From an uncultured delta proteobacterium (GTDB lineage: Bacteria; Desulfobacterota; Syntrophorhabdia; Syntrophorhabdales; WCHB1-27), in contig CAVVNC010000011.1 in NCBI GenBank assembly GCA_963749525.1, positions 5,450-69,449 on the forward strand: a stretch of 64,000 nucleotides of DNA, written 5' to 3'. Position numbers and translations under genes: made by a program. The notes under the pieces were generated by a model. It was not told where the DNA came from and searched no databases. It saw only the letters and a list, made by a program, of their open reading frames with translations. Shown here piece by piece: positions 21,629 to 30,256 of this stretch (position 1 is its first letter; every line of letters begins with the position of its first letter).

Positions 21629-21882
21629 ATTACCGCAATGAGTTGTGGACCTGAGGATGAAGAGGAGGAAAGCAACGACCATTGCGGACGGCGACAGAAA
21701 CGAGCGAAGCGAGGCTTAAGGGGGGAGGCTCCGAGGCTTGCCACTGAGGTGCGGTTCCAGGCGAGCGAAGCGAGTCTCTGAGGGGGGAGGCTCCACGGGC
21801 AATGCCAGCGGAGGGGGCGCTGAGCCCCAATAATAGCGCGCGAGAAAGGCCGGCGCGGCGGCGGACGCGGCGCGGGCGTGAA
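21583..21882. repeat. 47-bp direct repeat of the cstA 3' end flanking a 206-bp insert that holds a double module B
   Basis: GCGCGCGAGAAAGGCCG(T/G)CGCGGCGGCGGACGCGGCGCGGGCGTGAA at 21583-21629 and 21836-21882. Confidence 0.9.
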
Positions 21883-21930
21883 GGCTCGCAGTATTGTCTT
21901 TAAGGTGAGGAGAGAAGGAGGCAGGGAGTC

Positions 21931-22200
21931 ATGGCACAAGAGGACAAGAAAGGCGGTCTGTTTCGGACGATCAAAGACTTCGTTTACGGAGCGGCCGCTC
22001 ACGACTCCGCCCGGTCTGCCCTTAAATCAAAATCAAACATGGAGCACCTTTTCATGGTCATCACCGTAGGTGACATGCTCGGGGTCCCCGTGATGCCCCC
22101 CTACTATTCTCTCCGGCTCCTGCCGCACCTTGTTCCGAAGATAGCGACGTGGAAGAGGAGGATGCTCAGGGAAAAAGACCTTACTGACGGGTTCGGATAG
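21931..22200 (+). CDS. Small CstA/ArsA-associated protein resembling the cory-CC-star family but without terminal Cys-Cys
   Basis: EHLFMVITVGDMLGVP...YYSLRLLP...WKRRM pattern; GGGAG RBS; lies between cstA and the ArsA-like genes. Confidence 0.75.
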   Translation: MAQEDKKGGLFRTIKDFVYGAAAHDSARSALKSKSNMEHLFMVITVGDMLGVPVMPPYYSLRLLPHLVPKIATWKRRMLREKDLTDGFG

Positions 22201-22222
22201 GAGGCAAGAGTGCGGACAATAT

Positions 22223-22369
22223 AGCGTTCCGCAGAATTCATTCCCGTTACCGACCGGCTCCATCTTTTCCTTCGCTACGATAGGCTCCGCTTTAGGAAAA
22301 GATTACGCAGCGAAAGTCTCACTTTCGCGAATACGCCGGGGCGGTCGTTACTTTATTCTGCGGAACGCT
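22223..22369. mobile_element. MITE-like element, family F, copy 1 (147 bp)
   Basis: Perfect 15-bp TIR AGCGTTCCGCAGAAT / ATTCTGCGGAACGCT; near-identical copy at 30617-30736. Confidence 0.85.
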
Positions 22370-22438
22370 CTAGATAATTCGGGCAAGCCGGCCCTCTCAC
22401 CATCCGGGGATCATAGGGTCGACCCAGGATAAGGAGGT

Positions 22439-23412
22439 GTGCCATTTCTCTCGCAAGGATCTTCGAGGAGCATCCTGAGAGGCGCTACATCATGCTCGGA
22501 GGCAAAGGCGGACTCGGGAAGACGACCCTCTCGGCGGCGACCGCATACTATCTCGCTAATCAGGGCAAGCGGGTCCTCGTCTTCTCCGTAGATCCCCAAG
22601 CTTCTCTTTCCGATATCTTTCAGCGGGACATCTTCGGCAAGGGACCGACTGAGATCATTCCGAATCTTTATGCCCAGGAGATCGATGGGGCCTCAAGGCT
22701 GAGGGAGCACCAGCTGGAGATCCGCCAAAAGATCCTCGACATGTATGGAATGGAAAAGGTGCCCGACGAGATAGAGAGCCACATCCAGGCCGCCGCAACG
22801 AGGCCGGGTATGGAGGAGAGCGCGGCTTTTGACGCAATGGTCGATATCGTGGTAAAGGGCGGATATGATTACTATGTCTACGACCTCGTGCCCCTCGGCC
22901 ACGCCTTCCATTACCTGAGCATGGCCTCGGTTCAGAACGCCTGGATCGGCAAGATGACCGGGCTCAGGGGAGAGATGCGGGAGCATGACCGCGTGGCGGC
23001 TGTCATGCGCAGGGACAAGGAAATGGACGAGGACGCTATCCTCAGCGAGCTCCTCCACACTAAAGAACGCTTGAACAAATCGTCGGCCATCCTTGCGGAT
23101 AGGGAGAAAACGGCCTTCTTCCTGGTTCTGACTGCGGAAGGAGCGGTTATCGACGCGACGTTAAGGGCGGTCGAGCTTCTAGCGAAGTACGACGTGCCGC
23201 TGGCCGGCTGCATCGTCAACCGCGTGCTCCCCGATTCCCTGAAAAGGCAGGAGATACCCGACTATCTGAGGAGCCGGCTCGCCATGCAGGAAGACTACCT
23301 CAAGAAGGTAGGAGATAGATTCGCGGGGCAGATCCTCGCCTCGGTTCCCGAGATGGCGAGCGACGTCACAGGGCTTGCCATGATCGAGAGGCTCGCGGCA
23401 GCCATGTTCTGA
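22439..23412 (+). CDS. ArsA/Get3/TRC40-family ATPase 1; start probably displaced by a 1-bp error near 22441
   Basis: GGKGGLGKTT deviant Walker A, SVDPQASLSD, DLVPLGH, IVNRV; AAGGAGG at 22431 precedes open frame AISLARIFEEHPERRYIML. Confidence 0.88.
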
Positions 23413-23435
23413 AAAGGCCGCGCACGGAGGCGATT

Positions 23436-24419
23436 GTGGAAGGGATCTTCACGGGCATGAGGCAGTTCATGGAAGGGAACCCCGGCCTCAAGTATATCTT
23501 CTTCATGGGCAAAGGCGGCGTGGGGAAGACGGTAATGGCCGCCGCCGCGGCCCTCTGGTCCGCTAAGAGAGGCAGAAGGACGCTCCTTGTGTCCACGAAC
23601 CCGGTTCACAGCCTTTCCGATCTCTTCGGACAGGATGTCTTCGGAAAGCCCGCGGCTGTCTGCAACGAGGAGCGGTGCCATGCTTTCGAAATTGACACCC
23701 ATGACACCATCGAGAAGTCCAAGCAGCAGATCCGCGATAAGATCGGCTGGTTCCTGAAGTCCGCCGGCATCACGACCAAGGCGGAGGATTTCCTAGAACC
23801 GGCGACGATGAATCCTGCCCTAGAAGAATCGGCTATGTTCGAGAACATGATGGACCTCATCTTCAGGGACGAATACGATTTCTACGTCCTCGACACGCCG
23901 CCCTTCGCCAGCGCGCGGAGACTCCTCGGCATGGGGAAGGTATACTCCCTCTGGGTGGAGAAGATGCTGAAGAGCCGGGAAGAGGCCAAGTCCCTGCGGG
24001 AGGCCCTGTCCTTTTCAAAAAAGCAGCAAGACGACCCCCTCATGGACTACCTGTTGGGCTTACGAGAGAGGATGTCCAAGGCAGAGAAGCTACTCGCCGA
24101 CAAGGCCCTCACAGCCCTCTTTTTCGTGACCGTCCCGGAGAGCCTTCCCATTGCCGTCACCGCAAGGTTCATCGACTGGTCTTCCGGAATGGGCATGCCC
24201 GTGGGCGGGGTTATCGTCAACGGAGTGATGCAGAAAGGCGAGATCAACGAGCGCACCGCGGAGTTCGTGAGGAGCAGGATAGCGATGCAGGACGAGCACA
24301 TGGCAGAGATCCGCTCCCGATTCAGCGAACGGGTGAGGGCGGTCATTCCGCTTTTCGAGACAGAGGTCAAGGGCAGCGCCATGCTGGAGCGGATGGGCAC
24401 ATACCTCTTTGCCCCGTGA
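23436..24419 (+). CDS. ArsA/Get3/TRC40-family ATPase 2
   Basis: GKGGVGKT, STNPVHSLSD, DTPP, PESLP, IVNGV, IPLFETEVKG. Confidence 0.9.
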   Translation: MEGIFTGMRQFMEGNPGLKYIFFMGKGGVGKTVMAAAAALWSAKRGRRTLLVSTNPVHSLSDLFGQDVFGKPAAVCNEERCHAFEIDTHDTIEKSKQQIRDKIGWFLKSAGITTKAEDFLEPATMNPALEESAMFENMMDLIFRDEYDFYVLDTPPFASARRLLGMGKVYSLWVEKMLKSREEAKSLREALSFSKKQQDDPLMDYLLGLRERMSKAEKLLADKALTALFFVTVPESLPIAVTARFIDWSSGMGMPVGGVIVNGVMQKGEINERTAEFVRSRIAMQDEHMAEIRSRFSERVRAVIPLFETEVKGSAMLERMGTYLFAP

Positions 24420-24440
24420 GCCGCCCTTACGTCGTGTCAT

Positions 24441-25107
24441 GGGGCGTGAAAAAAGGGCTTCGGGTCTATATGCAGGTTCGGCCGGTCCGCATGAAGGAAT
24501 CGCGAGCAATTAATGGGGCTCGCGTCGCCCCCTCCACAGGCATAAGCCTGCGGAGCCTCCCCCTCAATCTCGCTTACGCTCGTGTGTGCCGTTTGCGCAC
24601 CGTCCATTAGCCGCCGGAATTGAACCAACGGTCGCCAATTCCGGCTTTTAGAGGACGCTTGAGCGACTATTGGATCGGCGGCCTGCCGGAATACCAGGCG
24701 GGAGGGCCGCCTCTGGATTTTGAAAAGACAAGCTTTTGGGCTTCGCAAAGGTTGGGATCGATAGGGCATGCCCCCAAGGCGGTCCCGTCCTTATCTCGTC
24801 GTGCATAGTCCGAGGACTACTTAGAAAAGCTCGCGACGATTCCGGCACGAATAACGAATGCCCCCGCAAGCTTTGCGTGGGGGTTGGGGGGAGTGAGGGA
24901 CTTAAATGAGGAGCGATGCAACGAGCGAAGCGAGGCTGAGGGGGGAGGCTCTGGCGGCTTATGCTGCCGGAGGGGGCGCTTAAGCCCCAATAACTGCGGC
25001 GAGCACGCACGAGGTAAGGACGGGACCGCCTGCCGGTAGGGGAGAATCAGTTTCGTACGTTCCTTAAGTCTCTAAGCAGCTTAAACCTATACTCGCCGGC
25101 CCAAACC
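24441..25107. mobile_element. Longest beta-type composite repeat (about 670 bp), containing two module B copies
   Basis: Perfect 16-bp IR GGCGGTCCCGTCCTTA (24778) / TAAGGACGGGACCGCC (25030); colinear with the reverse complement of 43919-44360 and with 54805-55332. Confidence 0.85.
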
Positions 25108-25604
25108 ATGCCGACATTACAGAATTGGCATGACGCTGAAAGCCGTGCTCTCGTCCGATGGTGGCCGACATGAGATCCCGCGACCGTGGCCTTAAGGGAA
25201 AAGACAGGAAGAAAGAACCCCTATTCGACGACCGTGGTCGTTCCTCTCATCCTCTCGTGGCCTATTCCGCAGAAATTGTCGCAATGAAAAGGGAACGTGC
25301 CCGTCTTGTGGGCATACTCCCCCCTTTGGCATTCCCTCGCACCCCGCGGAATCCGAGCCCCCTGTAAGGCTGTTTCGGATCCCAGGGGATCGGGTCCTTC
25401 ACAGGGACAGAGCCCGGCGCAGGCACGGGGTACATGAGCCCCTTTGCCGCATGGTAGGCGATGCGGCAGTTTTAAAAGCAATGCCCGGCTGTGGCTGTGG
25501 CAACCGGAGACACCCGACGGAAGGATCTGTCCCGGGCGGGCAAGGCCTCCCCGGCGAAAGAGACCCCACGGCGAGCCAGGCCCCCCTTATGTGTTGTTCG
25601 GTTT

Positions 25605-26723
25605 TTATTGGTCGAAGAGATGCGGTACGAACCGGCTCACGTTGTTCGTGATCGGCGTGGTGTCTTCCCTGATCCCCATGCCCGCGGATCGGGAGCCGAC
25701 GATCCATGAGCCGATGACGGGATAATTACCGGAAAAGGAGGGAAGCTCTCTGTACTCCTGATATATGACCTGCTCCTTCTTGCGCGAAAACGACGTGCCG
25801 ATTGTGATGCCCTCCCCCTCCCTCGAGAAGAAGGGTTTCTCGACGAGGGGCACTGAAGTCTGGGGCGGCGCAAAATGGGCGGCAAGGAGGTTCGGGTGAT
25901 GTGGGTACATCTCCCAAAGGAGGGGCAGGATAGCCTTGTTGCTCAAAATCATCTTCCAGGGCGGTTCGAAGAGCGTCATACCCGTGGAGAGGAGATACTC
26001 TGCAAAGGGCTCCTTGAGCATCCATTCCCAGGGGTAGAGCTTGAAAATGCAGCGGATTTCCTTTTCTTCGAGGTCGACGAATCTCCTGCGGTCGTGATCG
26101 TAACCGATGTCGTCGATAAATATCTGTCCTGTCTCTATCCCGGCCTGCATGGCCACATCGCGGAGGTATTCCGACGTCGTGTAGTCTTCGAGACTCCCTT
26201 TTACCGAAGAAAAGCAGAAGACCCTTCCGTCGGCCAGGCTGCGCAGCCTGTGATCCATGACATCCAGGAGCTTTTCGTGAATGGAATTGAACTGGTCCTT
26301 GGAGGGATCGAAATCCTGGAGCCAGTAGTACTGAACGACACTCGCCTCGAAAAGGGCTGTCGGCGTATCGCCATTGAATTCGAGGAGCTTCGGCTCGCCT
26401 TTTCCGTCATATTGGAAGTCGAACCGTCCGTAAATTGAGGCTTCTTGCCTGCGCCACGACTGCCTCACATAATCGTGGAAGGGCGCCGGTATGCCCAGCC
26501 TCTCAAGCAGGTCGTGGCTGATCACGTAGTCGACGAGCTTCAGACACATCCCGTAAAGCTCTTCCGTTACCTCTTCGAGCTTGTCGACCTCGTCGGAGGT
26601 GAACCGGTAGTATGCCGACTCGTCCCAGTAAGGGAGGCCATCCACTTCGTAAAAGCCGAACCCAATCTCCTCTACCTTTTTCTGCCAGTCTTTTCTGATG
26701 AAAGGAACGGTTTTCCGTATCAT
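25605..26723 (-). CDS. Glutathionylspermidine synthase family ATP-grasp protein (YgiC-like)
   Basis: YWDESAYY, YGRFDF, KLLEFNGDTPT, FKLYPWEWM, SRFVPH. Confidence 0.92.
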   Translation of the reverse strand: MIRKTVPFIRKDWQKKVEEIGFGFYEVDGLPYWDESAYYRFTSDEVDKLEEVTEELYGMCLKLVDYVISHDLLERLGIPAPFHDYVRQSWRRQEASIYGRFDFQYDGKGEPKLLEFNGDTPTALFEASVVQYYWLQDFDPSKDQFNSIHEKLLDVMDHRLRSLADGRVFCFSSVKGSLEDYTTSEYLRDVAMQAGIETGQIFIDDIGYDHDRRRFVDLEEKEIRCIFKLYPWEWMLKEPFAEYLLSTGMTLFEPPWKMILSNKAILPLLWEMYPHHPNLLAAHFAPPQTSVPLVEKPFFSREGEGITIGTSFSRKKEQVIYQEYRELPSFSGNYPVIGSWIVGSRSAGMGIREDTTPITNNVSRFVPHLFDQ

Positions 26724-26735
26724 GACAAAGAGGAC

Positions 26736-27059
26736 TTACGAAGAGGCATGGCCGCCGTGGCCGCCATGGCCGCCGCTTCCCCCGAACCCGCCCCGAGAGA
26801 CGCCGATGGCCCTTCCGGTGACGCTCGAAGGGTTGTGGATATAACTGGAGGCATGTGACCAACTATACCACGGGCCAAAATAGGAGGTGTGCACGTAGCC
26901 GCCCGACCCCTGAGTCGTGCTCGCTTCGCACTTCGAAGGGTCTCGGTAGTCTTTTACACAGTCGTCCCAACTCGCGTATTCGTTTCTCACCTTGTCCTGA
27001 CAACCAAGAAAAAGGCTGCTCGTGAGGAGGATAAGGGTGACTGTCCTCGATTTTTTCAT
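26736..27059 (-). CDS. YgiB/DUF1190-like lipoprotein
   Basis: MKKSRTVTL...LFLGC lipobox; DDC..C; C-terminal SRGGFG; directly upstream of the YgiC-like gene. Confidence 0.75.
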   Translation of the reverse strand: MKKSRTVTLILLTSSLFLGCQDKVRNEYASWDDCVKDYRDPSKCEASTTQGSGGYVHTSYFGPWYSWSHASSYIHNPSSVTGRAIGVSRGGFGGSGGHGGHGGHASS

Positions 27060-27127
27060 GGGCCCCCACAAAATGTTCGGCAAAGGGCCGCAGAAATTAA
27101 GGACGCACGCCTTCTCGCCCCGTGTAA

Positions 27128-27170
27128 ATGCATCCCCCCTCGATGGATGCATCCCCCTCGATGGATGCAT
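27128..27170. repeat. Short tandem palindromic repeat (18-19 bp, about 2.3 copies)
   Basis: ATGCATCCCCCTCGATGG repeated. Confidence 0.7.
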
Positions 27171-27195
27171 CGATCGAGGGGATCGGTCTCGAAAG

Positions 27196-27648
27196 CTATT
27201 TGTACGTGGGCGTATCGCAGGCGATGAAATGGACTATCGGTCGCTTCACATTCCTTATGGTCAGGGGGCCGTGCTTGATCCCGGCGGGAATAAAGGAGGT
27301 AAAGCTTTCATTGATGCTATATGTCTTGCCGTCTATGGAGAACTCTATTTCCGCGCCCAGGTCCATGATATCGTCGTAGTTGAGGCCGTAGAAGCCTATC
27401 AGCTCGCCGAATTCGTGGGTGTGCTCTTCCCAGAAGTTGGCGTTCTTCCCCGCCGGTACGGACTTCTTATCGAATCCCGGCAGGATCCACATGGTTTCGC
27501 AATAGAACTCGCCGCCGGGGAAGGTGTCCTTGTCGACAAGGGTGATCCTCTTCACGAAATTGGGATCGACCGGGACCCTGTACGGGGGAAGCACCAGGTT
27601 CGGTTTGTCGGCGGTAATGAAACAGTGGGCATATTTCAATGGGGCCAT
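27196..27648 (-). CDS. Uncharacterised cupin-like protein
   Basis: HTHEFGE ... FIPAGIKHGP cupin-like metal motifs. Confidence 0.8.
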   Translation of the reverse strand: MAPLKYAHCFITADKPNLVLPPYRVPVDPNFVKRITLVDKDTFPGGEFYCETMWILPGFDKKSVPAGKNANFWEEHTHEFGELIGFYGLNYDDIMDLGAEIEFSIDGKTYSINESFTSFIPAGIKHGPLTIRNVKRPIVHFIACDTPTYK

Positions 27649-27684
27649 TCTCTCTCTCCTTATGCTCGCTATCGGACATGAGCC

Positions 27685-28176
27685 TCAGGCGTTGTAGTTC
27701 TGGCCCGGTCCCATGGTGTAATGAAAGATAGGCCGGGTCACGTTGTGCATTTTCAGGGGACAGTGCTTCACGCCCGCGGGAATGTAGCAGACGAAGCTCT
27801 TGTCGAAAACGTATTTCTCGTCCTCCAGCCAGAACTCGATCTGGGCATAGAGCTCTTCCGGGTGCTCCATATCGGTCCCATAGTAAGAGAGAAGCTCGGG
27901 AAAGGGATGGGAATGAGGGGGGATGCCGGGATGGTTCTTCGCTGCCTCGGGATCGATGATCTCGGGCTGCGGCTGGGGCCAGAACCAGACTGCCTCCGCA
28001 TAGAACGCTCCGGGAATGACGTTAGTGTCCATCCACACGAGGTGCTCCATCCTCCGGCGCTGGCCGTTGAGCATGCCTCTGCCCATGATGGCCTTCTCCC
28101 ATTCCCGTCCGGGAGGCAGATCGAACTTGGTGTAAAGCTCCGTGACGATATACGGCCCGTACTTTCCTTCTGCCAT
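27685..28176 (-). CDS. Uncharacterised cupin-like protein, paralog of its neighbour
   Basis: HSHPFPE ... YIPAGVKHCP; AAGGAG RBS. Confidence 0.8.
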   Translation of the reverse strand: MAEGKYGPYIVTELYTKFDLPPGREWEKAIMGRGMLNGQRRRMEHLVWMDTNVIPGAFYAEAVWFWPQPQPEIIDPEAAKNHPGIPPHSHPFPELLSYYGTDMEHPEELYAQIEFWLEDEKYVFDKSFVCYIPAGVKHCPLKMHNVTRPIFHYTMGPGQNYNA

Positions 28177-28399
28177 TTCCGTTCTCCTTATGCCTAGCGA
28201 TGGGGGATTGCACATCCTCCTTAGTTCTCGGAAGTGCCTGGACGACCGATCCGGCGAAGAGCCTTAAGAAATCTTATGCCGATCCTTCTTTTCCTGTCAA
28301 CTCGTCCGTCAGCTGGGAAGCCTTCCATCCCCTTGACAGGCGCCGGTGCCATGTCAAGCGTCCAATGCCGTCCATGTTCCGCTTCAGGCGAATAGAAGT

Positions 28400-28562
28400 C
28401 GAGCGAAGCGAGCCACGGACAGGCCGAGCAAAGCGAGGCTTGAGAGGGAGGCTCCGGAGGCTTGGCCACTGAGGTGCGGTTCCAGGCGAGCGAAGCGAGT
28501 CTCTGAGCGGGGAGGCTCCGCAGGCAATGCCAGCGGAGGGGGCGCTGAGCCCCAGTAATAGC
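28400..28562. repeat. Double module B repeat
   Basis: Near-identical to 21699-21837, including linker GCCACTGAGGTGCGGTTCCAGGC and end GCTGAGCCCCA.TAATAGC. Confidence 0.85.
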
Positions 28563-28627
28563 CTTGCCTTTGCCGCCGGCCAGGGCTTATGATGGATATG
28601 CGCACGAAAAGGAGGTTGACAGCAGCA

Positions 28628-29554
28628 ATGAGAGAGTCTCTTGACGAGTTCGATGCATCGACATTGGTGAGGGTTAATGAGGCGAATCTTTACGCCCTGT
28701 TCCCTTTTTCTCATGACTGGCCGGATGCCACAAAATATGCAGGTCCAGATCTTTCGTGGTGCGTTACGGGCATACCTTTTCCCTGGTGCAACGTTGCCTT
28801 TGGGGCGCGCCTCGAGCCTGAGCGCGTGGATGAAGCTGTCGAGGCCTTTGTCGCCGAAGGCGAGAAGAGGAACGTTCCCTTGTTCTGGTGGGTTGGGCAG
28901 GAGAGCAGGCCTGCGGACCTTGGCGACTATCTGGGGGACTACGGTTTCGCCCCGTGGGGCGAAAGCACGCTCATGGCGGCAGACCTGTACGCCTTAAAGG
29001 AGGGTGTTGCGGGACCTCGGGGGCTCTCGATCAGACAGGTGGAAGACAGGGAGTCCTTGAGGATCTGGTGCCGCACTACGGCAGAAGGCTTCGGCATTCA
29101 GGGCTCCGCCGGGGCCCTCCTCGAATGGTTCGAAGGGGGGGTCGATCTGGGGCTCCCCCTGCTTTTCTATTTAGGTTATCTGGAAGGAAGACCCGTGGCC
29201 ACGTCCCTGCTTTTGCTTGCTGAAGGTGTAGCCGGCATCTATTTTGTGGCCACCCTTCCCGCTGCCCGTCGCAGGGGGATAGGTTATTCCATCACCCTGG
29301 AGCCCTTGCGGGAGGCCCGAAGGATGGGCTACGGGGTGGGCGTCTTGCAGGCCTCGAATGCAGGGGCGCCGGTGTACCGAAAAATGGGATTTCTGGAAAG
29401 CTGCAAAATGCGCTCGTATGTGAGGATGAACCGGGCGTCACTAAGGGCCGGGAAGCAAAAACGGCCGGGGTTTCACCGATCGACACAGATGACGAAGGAG
29501 GGAAGGCATGGACAAGGCATCGAAAGAGGCGCTTCAGCGGAAGATACTGGCTAA
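28628..29554 (+). CDS. GNAT family N-acetyltransferase
   Basis: VATLPAARRRGIG, LQASNAGAPVYRKMGF; GGAGG RBS. Confidence 0.85.
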   Translation: MRESLDEFDASTLVRVNEANLYALFPFSHDWPDATKYAGPDLSWCVTGIPFPWCNVAFGARLEPERVDEAVEAFVAEGEKRNVPLFWWVGQESRPADLGDYLGDYGFAPWGESTLMAADLYALKEGVAGPRGLSIRQVEDRESLRIWCRTTAEGFGIQGSAGALLEWFEGGVDLGLPLLFYLGYLEGRPVATSLLLLAEGVAGIYFVATLPAARRRGIGYSITLEPLREARRMGYGVGVLQASNAGAPVYRKMGFLESCKMRSYVRMNRASLRAGKQKRPGFHRSTQMTKEGRHGQGIERGASAEDTG

Positions 29555-29945
29555 GCTGACCGGACACACCCTCTGTATTCTTGCGACAGTGACAGAGGAC
29601 GGCAAACCCTGGGCCCGCTATGTCACGCCCTTTGCGGACGAGAATCTGACCGTGTGGCTGGCCACTTTCGCGAACTCCCGCAAGGTGGGGCACATCCGCA
29701 GGAACCCCGAGGTTCATTTGACCACCGGGGTCACGGACATTCAGGGCTCCATGCCCTATCTGCAGATTCAGGCACGGGCAGAGATTCTGACGGACCAGGA
29801 GACGAAAAAGGCGGTCTGGTCGGACTACCTCGCGAACATCTTCTCAGGCCCTGACGACGCCAACTATGTGGTGGCGAGGATCATACCCTACCGGATCGAA
29901 TGGCAGCCCGGCGGCTCTCTCCCGCCCGAGGTGTGGGAGCCCTAA
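29508..29945 (+). CDS. Pyridoxamine 5'-phosphate oxidase-like FMN-binding protein
   Basis: LATVTEDGKPWAR, SRKVGHIRRNPEV, FSGPDD. Confidence 0.88.
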   Translation: MDKASKEALQRKILAKLTGHTLCILATVTEDGKPWARYVTPFADENLTVWLATFANSRKVGHIRRNPEVHLTTGVTDIQGSMPYLQIQARAEILTDQETKKAVWSDYLANIFSGPDDANYVVARIIPYRIEWQPGGSLPPEVWEP

Positions 29946-29997
29946 AGCAGGCCGCCGAAGGGAGAGCGAAATGTCAAAGGCGCAAAGGGAAAGGCAG

Positions 29998-30216
29998 CAG
30001 GGCACGCGCATTTGGAAAGAGTCTCCATAGGGGGCGGACGCGCATTACCTCCTCGTGACAGCCGAGCCGAGAGAAAAGCGTCGCTCCTCATTCCGGCCCT
30101 CACTCCCCCCATCCCCCACGCTGACGCTAAGTGGGCTTCGTTATTCGGGCCGGAATCGTCGCGAGCTTTTCTAAGTGGTCCTCGGCAATGCACGAGTCGG
30201 CAATGCGCATCCGCCC
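29998..30216. mobile_element. Alpha-type nested repeat without module B; right outer end missing
   Basis: CAGGGCACGCGCATTTGGAAAGAGTCTC left end; IR GGGCGGACGCGCATT (30032) / AATGCGCATCCGCCC (30216). Confidence 0.85.
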
Positions 30217-30256
30217 TTTCGCTCGTCCATCGCCTCCGCAACCTTGAGCTTTCGGC

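Noticed and set aside
22439-24419. Arsenite efflux ATPase linked to the ArsS cluster
   Set aside because: No ArsB/Acr3/ArsD/ArsR nearby, no evident metalloid-binding Cys set, 13 kb away and in a cstA context
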